From: Felis catus
Taxonomy: Eukaryota
Length of the DNA: 64,000 bases
Assembly (NCBI RefSeq): GCF_018350175.1
Contig: NC_058368.1
Span: forward strand, 163,806,001-163,870,000
Reading direction: 5' to 3'
Below the pieces are notes generated by a model. The model did no database searches. It was given only the letters and a program-made list of their open reading frames with translations, and had not been told where the DNA came from. Numbering within the stretch: the stretch's first letter is position 1; each line of letters starts with the position of its first letter. A program made the position numbers and the translations under genes. Shown in pieces: positions 38,205-52,200 of the stretch.

Positions 38205-38253
<49 letters not shown>

Positions 38254-38265
38254 CGTGCGTGTGCA
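38205..38265. repeat. (TG)n microsatellite
   Basis: About 20 perfect GT units followed by a degenerate tail. Confidence 0.95.
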
Positions 38266-38378
38266 TGAATGTGTGTTAAAGGAATTAATTGTGAAGTACG
38301 AACAGTGACACCCTCCTGGTTTTGTTATTATTTATCTGTTAATTTACTGGGAGCTAAAAATATGGAGATGCCCTAGTT

Positions 38379-38525
38379 TAGTGCTTCTCAACCTACATGC
38401 AGATGCAAATCACCAGGTGGGTTTGTTAAATTGCCGTCTTCCTTCACTAGGTCTGGGATGAGGCCTGAGATCCTGTGTTTGTAACAAGTTCTCAGCTGAT
38501 GTCAGACCACGATTTCAGTAGCAAG
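38379..38525. mobile_element. MER5-like hAT-Charlie MITE
   Basis: agtgcttctcaacc...aggtctgggatgaggcctgagatcctg...aacaagttctcagctgatg. Confidence 0.6.
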
Positions 38526-40779
38526 TAGCCAGGCAACTCTCGGTTGCCGAGAGGTCCTGCTCAGGAGCACAGTCTTTGTCGCCAACCACTATGCTTCTTC
38601 CTTTCCTTGACTACGATTTAGTTTCCCCTGTATACTTTCATTTTCCATCCCAATATTTTGCAACAACAAAATTGTTAGTTTTCCCCTTGCTTATGTCTTT
38701 CTCTAAGTGTCTCCCCACCCTAGAGAAAGGAATCACACAGCCATTGCCTTCCTCTACTGGATAGCCCAGAAATCTTGCTTGTTTGGGGGACATGGGAAGA
38801 CAAATGGCCTGAAGTGAAAGAGTCAAGTGCAGATGAACGAGGTTGAAAAACCATGTCTTTAGCAAATACAGCTCTTTGGTGATGACGCCCTTTCAAAGAG
38901 AAGCTCTCTGGCAAAACTCTTCTTCCCTAGCACTTGGGCCTAGAGTTTGGGAAGTAAGGTGTTGTGGGTGAGGTTATTTACAGCTACAGGAGAGAGAAAA
39001 ATGATTTCTTTTTCTAATTCACACTTTCTCTTTGGATCACTGTCTTCTTATTATGCCACCAATCTTCAGCTGTGTCGGAGTCGCACCTCGGCTGTCAGAC
39101 AAACTCCACCACCCTTGCAGGTGCCGAAGAGAAATGTGCAAGACGTGCGCTGTCCCAGGGGCTGCGTGGTGGGCTGGCACTGTGTTCATCTGCCCAGGTC
39201 CCACATCCCAATGCACTTCTGTACTTATTTTTACTAAAGCTGTTCTTGGTGAGACAAAGGAACGGAACGGCCCCAAAGGACTTCCAGGTTGATTAAAGCT
39301 TCATTGTTTTCCTCTCCTCTTTCTTTTCCGTGTTTTTCCTTGATGATTAAATCTCCTATTTTAGTCTGCAAGCGCTTAGCCCTACAAAAGCCCCAACCAG
39401 AAGGATGGGGGACCTAATGAAATAAACATTCACATGGAGCTATTGTTATTCCCATTGGGATCCCAAACATTTTTTTTAAATCTGCTTTAGTCTTCCCATT
39501 GGCAAAAGTAAGGTAATTTGTACAGGTGTGTGTGTTTAGTATTTCTGAATAGGATTATCGTTTGATAATTTTAATTTTATATTATATTATTCTATATTAT
39601 ACAATGTAATATATACTAATATATTATTTAGTATTATTGAATGGGACTATTACTTCAGTAGAATTGTTGAAAACTTGATCTTGTTACATATGGTAGATCC
39701 CTTTTCTATGCTAGTCTGGGGAGACATGATAAAGCCTGTACTGGAAGGTAACAAAATAGACTTTTAATCTTATGGTTGCAAACTTTTGGCCGGCCATGCC
39801 TCCAAGACGCTGAGCTCTGTGCTATGCTGGGCTTGCTGTGAGGGAATTATCAGGGAGAGCTGATTAAAATTACAAACATGCAGGCCACCACCAGGAATTC
39901 TGTTTTTAAAAGAGGTTCTTGCGTGAGTCTGACATACAGTTAGATTTCAGATTTAAGGTTTTGAGGAAAGTGATTTGATGTTTAGATAATCTAAATCAAC
40001 AAAATAGCAACCTGTAATAAAATAAGATTTTACAAAAGTTTAAAATACATAGGAATGAAACTGTACAGAAATATAGAGAGGTAAAAAAAAAGATATCAGA
40101 CTTTTAAGAAGTTTATGCAAACAGGTACAAGAGGCAAGAGGAAACATTTAGATTTTTAAACAACTGCATGTTTGTTTGTTATTTTGTTGGACACTATGTA
40201 AATATACTTTTCAAGACCTCTATATATTATATAAATTTAACAAAAGGTCCATTTGTTATTTCATGATTATCGCTTTCTTCAACAAGTTGGTGACTTTTCT
40301 GTCCTAAAGAGAACACCCTAAGAGCTTGCTTTAAATTCTATACATTCCAGAAACACCCTGCCCAATTAACAGCCTTGCTAAAATTGAATGTGTAAAGCAC
40401 TACATAAAAATTAAGTTATTCCCATTATTTCTTTCCTTTTCTCTTCCCTTTTTTTTAGTTTCATGGTCACGTATATTTTTCTCATAGCCCCACTGCCTCT
40501 CTGTAATCCTGTTTTGTTTTTTGTTTTTGCCTTCCCTCATCATTACCACCTATAAATTTTAGAACATGGATGGAACTAAAAGTGTGTGTGGGTGCGTGCC
40601 ATTTAGGAGGTCTTCATCTGTTGCTCACGAACTTGGGTGCAGACTGCTGAGCCCATCATAGCACTCAGGTTGTTGCACACAATAGTCTTTGGAGTGCAGA
40701 CCCCTTTTGTTTTGTTTCACTTTATTTTCTGCCTCCATTCCCAATTCTTCTCACACATTCTGCTCCTCACAATAGGCAC

Positions 40780-43150
40780 TCACAGAACATGTTTGATATA
40801 GGACTGTGGATACACTCCTTTGTGTGTGTCTTTTTATTTCACACAAACGGTGTTATGCTAAGATCTCATTCTATTTCTCTCTTTTTTCCCCCCACTCTAA
40901 ACCACGTTTTTTAGCATCTACCAATGTTGCTGGCCAAATGCACATCTTGTATATTGTTTCAAAGTGAGGCACAGAGGTGCAGAGTATGCATCTGTTGTTG
41001 GTTTCTTTATCCATTGCCCTAGTGATGGTCACTTAGACTGCCTCTAACTGTTCTCTATCACACAGAATGCTGCAATGAACGTCCTTGTATATGTCCTCTC
41101 AGCAGTTTCTTTGGGCTTATAGCCACAGAAGTGCAATTGCTAGGACAAAGGATTTATAGGCACTTCACTAGATGTTGCCAGACTGCTCTCTGAGATGCCA
41201 GTAGCTCAGCAAGAGTACACGAAGATTCTCATTTCCTCATTTCCTTACCAAAGCTGGCTATAATCTGATTCCTATTTATTCCCCTAATCTGGTGGATGTA
41301 AAGTGTCACCTTGCTGTTAATTTGCATTTCTCTGATCACAAATAAAGTTATTCTCCTAGTTTCTTATATTGACATTATGCTTCTAACTTAAAAATCAAGG
41401 TCTTTAATACATCTGAAGTCCACCTTTATATATGGTATAAAATATAAACCATAATATATGAAGGTATGAATCCATCCAATTTATGGTTCTCTGTAAAAAT
41501 GATGTAGTAAAAATTTTATCCTCTCCTCATTGTGCTGCTAGTTTTATCATATATCAAGTTTTAATAAGTACTTGAGTGTGTTTCTGAGCTTTCTAATCCA
41601 TTCCATTCCACTGGCATATTTCTGTGAATGCCACCCTTTTTATTACTTATTATTACGGTTTTGCAATATACCTTAATATTTGGTATGAAAGGTTCCTTTG
41701 TCCTTGCTAGTCCTATTCATAAATGATCTAGCTATTTGTAGACTTTTATTTTTCTACATATATTTAAGGATAAGTTTGAAAAGCTACTCAAACATTTTTA
41801 ATACAATTTTATTGAAAATTTATTGAATATTTAGATTAATTTTGGGAGAATTAAGATCTTTACAAAGTTTTTCCATCCATGAGGATACTATATATCTCCG
41901 GTTATTTAAGTCTCCTTTTATGTACTTTGGTCGAGTTGTAAATACTTTTTCATGAAGCTCTTGCATGTTCTTTGTTGGATTAATTCTTTCCTACCTTGTA
42001 GTGTTGCTGCTGTTATTAAACATATACTTGATTCCTTTTCTTTTCTTTTCAGTTATTAGTGGTGTAGAAGAACACTACTGATTTTTATAAGGAGACCTTG
42101 GTTTGGTCAATCTTTCTCTAATTAATTCTAAGCATTGGTCTATTGATTTTGTTATAATCATATAATCTGTTAATAATAATAGTGTTATCTCTTTGCTTCC
42201 AGGCCATATACCTTTATTTCTCCTTGTGTTATTGAACAAGTCAGAACCTTAGATATCATGGTGAACAGAGGCTGTTAAAATTGGCATTATTCTGCTCAAT
42301 CTCAAAAGAAATATGTTTAAAGTTTCTCTATTAAGTGTTTTGTTGTTTTACATATACTTTTATACTTTTCTCTTTTCACGATTAGGTTTTTAGTAGATAA
42401 TCTTTACCAAGTTGTAAAAAGAAACTTCTCTTCCTACTATGCAGGGAATTTAAAATATATATACATTTGTTGAACTTTATTACATGATTTTTTGTTCTGT
42501 TCAGATAGTCATGCAATTTTTTTCTTTGGTCCATTAATGGGACGAATTGTACTAAAATATTATAAAGCCATCCTTATTTAGGGATAAACCCTACTTTGTT
42601 ATGATGCATTATATGCGATTTTAATAAACACTTTTATTCAGGTATCTATTATTTTTTCTTAGGATTTGTGCATCTATACACTCATAAGTAAAAGGGACAT
42701 ATTCTTTCATTTTTCATACTACACTTACCCTGTTCTGGAATCAAGGTTAGAGTAGCCTAATAAGATGAACTGAGAAGCCTTCACTCTTTCCTAGTTTCTG
42801 GAAAACTCTACAGAATAGGAATTATTTGTTCTTTGAAAGTTGGATAAATTTCATCTATAAAAATGACTGGTATCTTGTGCTTATAAATGGGGGATGAATT
42901 GGGGATGGAAATGGGGGAGAAGTGAGATGGTCTCTTTCTTTATAAATACCTTTATTAGAGTCTAGACAAATTTTCTATTTATTATTTTACTGATTTTGGC
43001 ACTTTAAATACTTTTGGAAAATGTTCTTATTTATCTAGTTTTCACATTGTTATATAGTTGTTCAAAGTAGTATTTAATTATTTAGAAGTTTTACCTTTCT
43101 CTTTTTTTTATTCTCTATTTTGTTTATTTGCATCTTTTTTTATTATTTCC
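40780..43150 (-). mobile_element. Ancient, highly decayed L1 (L1M-type)
   Basis: T-rich antisense L1-like text (e.g. gaagtgcaattgctaggacaaagg, taatttgcatttctctgat, gataaaccctactttgttatgatg). Confidence 0.6.
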
Positions 43151-45173
43151 CAATTAAGAGCTGTGTTATAATCAATTAGTCTTAGAGATTCAGCCTGAGG
43201 AAGAAGCAATCAACTCCATAATACAGCTGGGCTCAAGGACCACCTACGTGTTCCCCACCGACCATGAGGAACAGGTGCTACCATTTGTCTGGCTCTCGGT
43301 AGGGTCGTTAAGTTGGGTTTTGGCTGCTGAGCACCAAGCTGGAGAGAAAAGCTCTAAGAATATGTCCTTCAGCATTCTTTTGCGTGAGACACTTGGCTCT
43401 CTTCTACTATTGGCCACACTTCCCATCTCCCTGAACATACACAGGTATGAAATGGACTTGTTTCCCTATAAGTCTCTTACTGTCCTTACTGTAGCGTCTC
43501 AGATCTATAACTCACTTTCCTGCTTGTGAGGTATCTCCACTGTTGTGTTTGAGAAGGTTTAGCAAAGATACAAGGAGCTTCTGAGGGTCAAGGTCTTCTT
43601 GGGGTAGGGAGGCCAAGCTGGTAGAACCCAGATTGTAACAGCAGATAAAGGCATGCTACAAATAACTGCCAGGAGCAGCACAAACTAGGGTGTTGAGTGT
43701 AGCTCTTTTCCAGTATCAATGTTAATTCATCATCTTTCTGAAACAGAAGAGAAAAATCCTCTATTTAAGTTTTAGAGATGTTTTCTGCCTTCCATTAACT
43801 GATAGAGGCTGAATGGTTCAGTGTTACCAAGAATGTTAAGCTCCTTGGGGAAAAATAAAAGAAGTCCTAAGAGTGGAAATATTACTAACATCAGGTTTTC
43901 TGTAACTAAAAAATTGGAAAAGTAATTATTTGTGAGAAAGAACCTAGGAATAGCTAAATCCCATTCTTATGGGGGATACCACCAATTCATTAGTATAATT
44001 GTTACCATATTACCTTCATTTCTCATCTCTGCTGCACATAGGATAAATATTTAGGTAGGACTTACAAGTAGGTAGTGTACATGTTAACTGACAGTGTCCT
44101 TGGATTTCTAGTGCACCCGGTACATGACAAGTTCTACAGAAAAGCCACATATTCAGCTAAATTCTGCACCAAAAAAGTCTACAATAGCTACTCAGGATAC
44201 AAAATTTGTTAGTGATTTTCTCATCCTGGTCTACACTAAGTCTCTCTTTTGCTAACCCTCAAGCATGATGGCATCATGAGAAAGGACAAACAATATTTAT
44301 TGTTTAGCAAGTTATACTTACGGCACATGTGGCCTAAACAAAATGTACAAATTTTTATAGCTCAGTGCCTGAGGATATATTTCAGGAGCACGGAGATATG
44401 TATGCAGCCTTTGGGAGGCCAGGAATAGGACACTTCACCAAATAATCCCTTGATGGAACACAGCATTTACCAGTTATATATTTTTAGGTCTACGGGGAGA
44501 TAAGGATTTGTAACATGGTGTCAAGAAAGTAACTTGTTTTGCAGAGTGGAAGACGGTATTAACCTTTCCACAAAATGTGCATGGATACAAGGGTAGGCAG
44601 GGGCTTGTATTATTATTATTATTCTCTCCGTGGTTCCATCTGTGTCAGAATTGGTTTAAAGGCCCTCCTTAAGTGGCCCTAGGAGAATCTGTGAAAGCTT
44701 TAGATTTGTGATTTATTTCTTCCTCTCTCTTTTTTAAACATGAAAACCCTGAGGTTCTTACCACTAAAAACTGATGGAAAGAAAGGAAAAGAGAGAGAGA
44801 GAAAGAGGAAGGAAGGAACACAGAGGCAAGGGAGGGAGAGAGGACAGGAGGAAGGGAAGAGAAATTGTAAATGAGAGTATTATTACGATGACCTTTTTCG
44901 TGGCATAGAGTTTCAGGAAATATTTTCGTAATAAATAGAGTACATTCTGCTGCCATTTTCTGGTTTCACTTTACAATACAGAAGGAACGTGGTGCTGAAA
45001 AATGATTTAATTGCTATGAAGCACCATGTTGATGCCAAGGTGTTAAAGGAGCTTGGCGGGAGAAGTGCGGTTACACCTGTTGTGTAGTGTCCTCATCGTG
45101 TTTGAACTCCCTGGTGCGCCGAAGCCCTCTACTTCTTCAGAATGACGCTGAACTCTGTAGCTGGCCCACCTAC

Positions 45174-45284
45174 CTTTCCTTGCCAGGTGCACGGCTTCTG
45201 CATGCTCCACACTGGTGACCTCCGTGCCGTTGACAGCCAGCACCACATCTCCAATCTGGAGCCCGGCTTCCTCAGCGGCGCTGT
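45174..45284 (-). CDS. PDZPH1: Internal coding exon (111 nt, phase 1-1): PDZ core, (N)SAAEEAGLQIGDVVLAVNGTEVTSVEHAEAVHLARK(G)
   Basis: Acceptor gtctacttgcag| and donor AAAG|gtaggt; classic PDZ signature AxxAGLxxGDxxxxVNG; lies inside ORF 45043..45330. Confidence 0.93.
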
Positions 45285-46199
45285 CTGCAAGTAGACAGAC
45301 AACAAGGGTCTCATGGAGGAGGGGTCCCAAGTTGAGTGCCCTGCTGTTTGTCCTCTTTTTAAAAGCCTCTCTCTAAAAGGCCTTTCTTTCCAACTTTAGA
45401 CAATTGCCTATGTCATTAATAAGAAGGAAAATGCTATCCTCCCAGCCTCCCTTTCATTTCCTGGACGCGGTTTCTTTGCGCATTCAGCTAGGCGTCCGCA
45501 TGGCCTCTTTGCAATATAATAGCAAGGCTGCTCAGAAACTCAATCTATTCATCCACCAGAAGGTTGAACTGCTAGTTCTCATTCCTTCATTGCTGCTAGG
45601 TCTCTTTGTAACCCTGAGAAAATCACTTAACCTCAATATCTTCATCCATAAAAAGGGGGGTGGGGGCAGTGTTTCTCTGCAGGATTGTTGAAGGAACAAG
45701 TAATTGAAATACTTATGAAGTTGTGGCAAAAACAGATCTTGGAGTGGTCAGAAAAAAAAAAAATAAAGAGCTGCTTTTACTTTGTAGAGGCTCCTTTCTG
45801 AGCTTTCTCAGAAAGGAAGCCAAAAATAGTCTAAGCCTTAGGATTTAGGCTTTGGAGGTGGGGAGGACCTCTCTGGAGGCTATTTATTTTATCTCCTGGT
45901 TTTTTAGCATCTGTATTTACTGTTATATACCTAATATTCTCTAGGGGTAAAAACGAAAAGGGTCATAATAAGCCATTTCAAGGTTAATTCATTTTTAATA
46001 AGGTCTCCCATATATTGGACCAAGATTCTTTGTGTAGCAGTTTAAATTTCTTTTTTCTTTTTTACATCAGCTTAAGCCCATTTCCTTTTTTAAAAGTTTT
46101 TAATGACTCTTATTTACAATTTAAGTTTGTCTTAATATTTTTAATATTGATGATTCTATATATTTCAATACATTGAATATGCGACATATTAAACATTCA

Positions 46200-47485
46200 A
46201 TATTTAAAGTTGGTATTTTAATACCAATATTGCTAATATACAGTGTTATATTAGTTTCAGGTGTACCACTTTAATGAGCAAACACTTCCATACATCGCCC
46301 GGTGTTCATCACAACAAGTGGCCTCCTTAATCCCCATCACCTATTCCCCTATTTCCCCACTCACCTCCCTGCTGGTAACCATCCGTTCTTTGTAGTTCAA
46401 CATCTGTTTCTTAGTTTTTCTCTTTCCTTTGCTCATTTGTTTTGTTTCTTAATTCCACACATGAATTAAATCATATTGTATTTGTCTCTCTTTGGCTACC
46501 TTATTCCATTTAACATTATACTCCCCAGCTGCATTCATGTTGTTGCAAATGTCAAGATTTCATTCTTTTTTTGTGGCTGAATAATATGCCACTGTATATA
46601 TATACTACTCTTCTTTCTCCATTCATCTGTTAATGGACACTTGGGCTGCTTCCATATCTTGGCTATTGTAAATAATACTGCAGTAAACATAGGGGTGCTT
46701 CTATCTCTTTGAATTAGGGTTTTTGTATTTTGGGGGTAAATACCCAATAGTGCAATTGCTGGATAATAGGGTATTCTATTTTTAACTTTTTTGAAGGACC
46801 TGCATACTGTTTTCCACAGTGGCTGCACCAGTTTACATTTCCACCAAGTACAAGAAGGTTCTTTTTTCTCCACATCTTTGCCAACACTTGTTGTTTCTTG
46901 AGTTTTTGATGTTAGCCATTCTGACAGGTGTGAGGTGGTATCTCATCATGGTTTTGATTTGCATTTCTCTGATGATGAATTATGTTGAACATCTTTTCAT
47001 GTGTCTGGCCATTTGTATATCTGGTTTGGAGAAATGTCTGTTCATGTCTTCTGCCTATTTTTAACTAGATTATTTGTATTTTTGGTGTTGAGTTGAATCC
47101 GTTCTCTATAGATTTTAGATACTAACCTTTTATCGGATATGTCCTTTGCAAATATCTTCTTCCATAAGTAGGTTAACTTTTAGCTTTGTTGATTGTTACC
47201 TTTGCCGTGCAGAAAATAATTTACTTTTGCTTTTATTTCCCTTGACACAGGGGAGATATCTAGAAAATGTTGCTCTGGCTGATGTTAGAGAAATTACTGA
47301 CTATGCTTGCTTCTAGGATTTTTTTGGTTTCAGGTCTCACATTTAGGTCCTTAATCCATTTTGAGTTTATTTTTGTGTATGGTGTGAGAAAGTGGTCCAG
47401 TTTTACTCTTTTGCATGTAGCTGTCTAGTTTTCCAACACCATTTGTTGACGAGATTATCTTTTTTCCCATTGTATCATTTTGCCA
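46200..47485 (-). mobile_element. L1 3' segment (ORF2 end plus 3'UTR)
   Basis: ORF2-like peptide PMFTAVLFTIAKIWKQPKCPLTDEW; left boundary approximate. Confidence 0.88.
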
Positions 47486-48410
47486 CAAGAAAAAGGAATA
47501 AAAGGCATCCAAATTCATAAGAAGTAAAACTTTCACTATTTGTAGATGACATAATACTTCATATAGAAAATCCTAGACTCCACCAAAAAACTACGAGAAC
47601 TGGTAAATGAATTTAGTTAAGTAGTAGGATACAAAATCATTGTACAGAAATCTGTTGCATTTCTATACACTAATAATGATGCAGCAGAAAGTGAAATTAA
47701 GAAAGCAATCCCATTTACAATTGCACCAAAAATAGTAAAATACCTAGGAATAAACCTAACCAAAGGGTAAAAGATCCATATTCTGAAAACTATAAAAAAA
47801 CTGGTTAAAGATATTGAAGAGTACACAAAGTAATGGAAAGGCATTCCACGTTCATGGATTGGAAGAACAAATATTGTTGAAATGTCTATACTACCCAAAG
47901 GAATCTATATATTTAATGAAACCCATATCAAAATACCAACAGCATTTCTTCACAGAGTTAGAACAAACAATCCTAAACTGTATGGAACCAAATAGGACCA
48001 CAAATAGCCAAAGCAATCTTAAAAAGGAAAAGAAAAGCTGGAGGTATCATAATTCCAGACTTCAAATTATATTACAAAACTATACTTATCAAAACAGTGT
48101 GGTACTGGCACAGAGATAGACACATAGATCAAAAGAACAGAAGACCCAGAAATTAGACACCCACAATTATATGTGCAATTGATTTCAATAGAGGAGGAAA
48201 GAATATGCAATGGGAAAAAGTCTATTCAACTGGTGTAGGGAAGACTGGACAGCTATGTGCAAAAGAGTAAAACTGCACCACTTTTTTAGACTACACACAA
48301 AAATAAAATAAAAATGGAATAAGGACCTAAATATGAGACCTGAAATCATAAAAATCCTAGAAGAAAGCATAGGTAGCAATTTCTCTGACAGTAGCCATAG
48401 CAACATTTTC
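47486..48410 (+). mobile_element. Inverted L1 ORF2 segment (RT domain region)
   Basis: Decayed RT motif SLFVDDIILHIENP at about 47533-47575; directly abuts the minus-strand segment. Confidence 0.88.
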
Positions 48411-49212
48411 CCTTCCCCTCTCTTTGATCTGAGTGGTGGGTGCAAGCTCATAGACTTGCAGAGCATCATGCCGCAATATTAGGCTGTCAGTATCCAAAGT
48501 GTCATAAACCTCCTTGAAGACTTTTAATCTTAAAGCATGACTCAATTGGTGAGGTAACATGACTTTGAATATTTTGAGCAATGACTATAGCTTGTCTAAG
48601 TCTATTTATGATAGTGGGGGGAGGTATTCTGTGCTTGGATAAGCAACAGTCAATCAATGTAGGAAAGTTAAGTCAAAAGTAATAATTGATATATCCTTAA
48701 TTTACATAACATCATCCTTATAATAAAGTCTCATGGTATGGTTGACCATTTGAATAAATTTCCTCCATAGTCTTAAAAGACTCAAAGGACTTGTTTATGG
48801 CAATGCCTTCTGAACTGAATTCCAAAAGGACAATATATGTTCAGAAATATCTTCTTGCCAATTTTTGTACTCCCTGTGGTAACCATATATGATGTCTCCT
48901 ATATGCCTATATATCTTCTGATAAATACACAGTGAATGAATGAGTGGATGACCTAAAAATTGTATCTTTGAGAAAGTTAGAATTACACTGCAGAAGATAA
49001 GACCTGTATAATCAAAAAGAAAAGTAACTTTGCAATACAGTAAGTGGCAAGTGTAAAATAAGTAACAAAGATAATAGGTATTGGGAAATTTCAGAAAAGG
49101 GAATTCTCACTTCCATCAGACTGGTTAAGAGATGCTTTCCAAAGGAAGTGGAATTTTGTCTTGACCTTAATGAATAAATAGGTTCTCCTTAAGGGGGAAT
49201 AATAGAGAGAAC

Positions 49213-49625
49213 ATGGTGGCAAAGGCTGCTGGGTATTCACAAACCTAATTCCTCTTCTATCTGGGATCACAGTTGGACAACTTTTCTCAGGATCTCTTGT
49301 AGCTGGGTGGGAAAAATGATGGGGTTTTAGCCACTGAAATGTGAATAGAAGTGGTGGGTGCCACTTAGGAGCCTGGCTCATAAAAACGTCCCATGGACCA
49401 CCTTTCATATTCTTTTCCTATCTTGCTGCGAGATGCAGATGCCTCAGTGCCCTAGGTTAGGCTACAATCAAGAACAAATAAGCTTGTATATGAAAACATT
49501 ACAGGGGACAAAGTCACCCTCCAACCAAGAACATCCACATTGGACAATTAATGTGAGTGACTAATGAGCCTTTATTATCTTAAGCCGTTAATATTTTTTT
49601 GTTGGTAAAACTAGCATAACCTCAA
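49213..49625 (+). mobile_element. Old MLT1 (MLT1J-like) solo LTR
   Basis: gccactgaaatgtgaatagaagtg...gcctggctcataaaaac...aatgtgagtg...ttaagccgtt resembles MaLR LTRs. Confidence 0.55.
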
Positions 49626-50107
49626 ACAGTTGGCACTCCATGAAGGCAAAGTTTTCTGAGCAAAGGTGCATGAGAAGGTTTTATGACATGCCAAAAAGTT
49701 AATGACTCGAAGCAACTAGAGCAGAAGTGTGGGTGGGTAGGGTGAGTGTGGAAGATTGGAAAGATGGCCAGTTTGTAAAGGGTCTTGGATGTGAAGATCA
49801 ATTTGTACTTGATATTTCAACAATAGAGATCCATCAAAAGTTTGTGAGCAGAAAATATGCATGCAGTGGTTTTTAGAAGATTGATTTAGAATGGGAAAGG
49901 ATTAAGATAAGCAGATCAGCAAGGATATTATCAGAATTGATATAGGTCTGCAATGTGACTCTGGACACAGGAACTGGAAATGCATGGAAGGTGTAACATG
50001 CTGTTGTGGGACCTAAAACTCTTTATTGCACTTATTTGCATATCTGCCTTTCTACCCCTAATGGAGTATAAGCACCTCAGAGACAAGTGAAATTGTTTGT
50101 TTCTTTG

Positions 50108-50110
<3 letters not shown>

Positions 50111-50159
<49 letters not shown>

Positions 50160-50183
50160 CATACATACATACATACATACATA
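50111..50183. repeat. (TA)n(TACA)n compound microsatellite
   Basis: Direct reading. Confidence 0.95.
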
Positions 50184-50201
50184 TTCAGATAGGTACCTCC
50201 T

Positions 50202-50432
50202 GGGGTGCCTGGGTGGCTGAGTCAGTTGGGTGTCAATCTTTGGCTCAGGTCATGATCTCACAGTTGATGGGTTCCAGCCCCAGTCGGGCTCTGTGCTGAC
50301 AGCTCAGAGCCTGGAACCTGCTTCAGATTCTGTGTCTGTCTCCCTTCCTCTCTCTCTCTCTCTCTGCCCCTCCCCTGCTCGTGCTGTGTCTCTCTCTCAA
50401 AAATAAATAAACATTAAAAAAATTAAAATGAA
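50202..50432 (+). mobile_element. Can-SINE
   Basis: Head, (CT)n and tail; degenerate TSD taggtac.. Confidence 0.9.
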
Positions 50433-51099
50433 TTAGGTACTTTCCATACCTAACAATCTCTGGCACATGGCAGCGGCTTTAAAAAAGTTGGCTGAATGTA
50501 TGCGTTTGCTTTTAGATGTACTGAGATAGTCATGGAAGAAAAAATTGAAAATGTTCATTGAGCTGGTAGGAAAATATCTTTGATACCTAGGATATGAGAA
50601 AGGCCTGAGAAATTGATTTAGAATTTATAACCAAAGGGACACATGTAAGGAGAAGAATAAAGAACATTGAGGATAAAATCTTGAAGAATAAAGAAGAGCC
50701 AGAGAGGAATACAAAGAAGGTGCAGGTGGATCCTAGGAGCATGGAAGCAAGAGTGTAAGGCAAGTAGGAGCAGGAGAAGAATTTCAAGATGGAGAGAATG
50801 GTCATTCATAGTGACAGCACAGAAATAACCGCCATGATGGCACTGTAAATTCTAGGCTGTCCGAGAAGCCAAGAACAAGGATAGAGGAAAAGTGATTGAA
50901 TCTGAATATGGGAATGTTAAGTGATAATTAGAGAATTTTAAGGAGTGTGATAGAAGTGGAAGATACATGTTCGAGCTGTTGGTGCTGATCAGTGCATGCT
51001 AACTGATAGATAATCACAGGTGTGTTTGGTAACAAGTCTTCTATCCTAAGTAAACAATTTTTTTTTAATTTAAATTATCCATCAGTGTGGAAACAAATC

Positions 51100-51321
51100 A
51101 TTTTTTAATCGGTTTTATAATATTTATTTTTGATAGAAACACAGAGACAGAGTGAGAGCGGGGGAGGGGCAGAGAGGGAGGGAGACACAGAATCCGAAGC
51201 AGGTTCCAGGTTCTGAGCTGTCAGCACAGAGACCGATGCAGGGCTCTAACCCACAAACCCCATGAGATCATGACCTGAGCTGAAGTCGGACGCTTAACTG
51301 ACTGAGCCACCCGGGCATCCC
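51100..51321 (-). mobile_element. Can-SINE
   Basis: Reverse-complement head at about 51300-51321. Confidence 0.9.
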
Positions 51322-51339
51322 AACGATTCATTTTCTGAC

Positions 51340-52200
51340 AACTTTATTAAGTTATAATTCACAGACCTTATATTTCACCCATTTAAAGTGTAAAATTAAA
51401 TGGTTTTTAGTGTATTCATGGAGTTGTGCACCCATCGCCACAATCTAATTTTAGATCATTTGTTACCTCAGAAACTCCCTTTACCATAGCTGTTACTCTG
51501 TTTCCCCCAACCTCTCAGCTCCAGGCAACCATTAATCGATTTTGTGTCTCTATAGTCTTGCCTGTTGTGGACATTTCATATAAATGAAAGTATACAATAT
51601 TATTTTGTGTTTGGCATCATTCACATGGCAATCACTTATTTTCAAGATCCATCCATGTACCATGTACTATATTTCTTTGAATCACTGAATAAACATTTTA
51701 TTGTAAGGGCACAGTACCTTTTGTTTACCCATTCATCAGTGGATGGGAATTTGTGTTTTCACTTTCTGGATAAATAATGCTGCCATGAAAATTTGTGCAT
51801 GATTTTTTTTTTTTTTTTTTTTTTTTTGTGGACACATGTTTTCATTTGTCTCACATATATACCTAGGAGTGGAATTGCTGGGTCAAATGGTAACTCTGTG
51901 TTTAACCTTTTGAGGAATGGACAGACTGTTTTCCAAAGTATCTATATCATTTTACATTCTCATCAGCATTGTATGAGTGCTATGGATTTCTCCACATTTT
52001 TGACAATACTTGTTATTTTTGACTTTTTACTATAGCCATCCTAGTAGGTATGGAGTGGTATTTCACTATGGTTTTCCTTTTCATTTCACTGATGACTACT
52101 GATACTGAACATTTTTTTTTGTGAGTGTGCTTATTGACTATCCTCTTTGGAGAATCTCTACTGAAATCCTTTGTACCTTGTGTTCTTTATCTTTGTATTA
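51340..52200 (-). mobile_element. Old L1 3' end (L1MA/MB-like)
   Basis: acctaggagtggaattgctgggtcaaatgg and tagccatcctagtaggtatggagtggtat are antisense L1 3' motifs. Confidence 0.75.
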
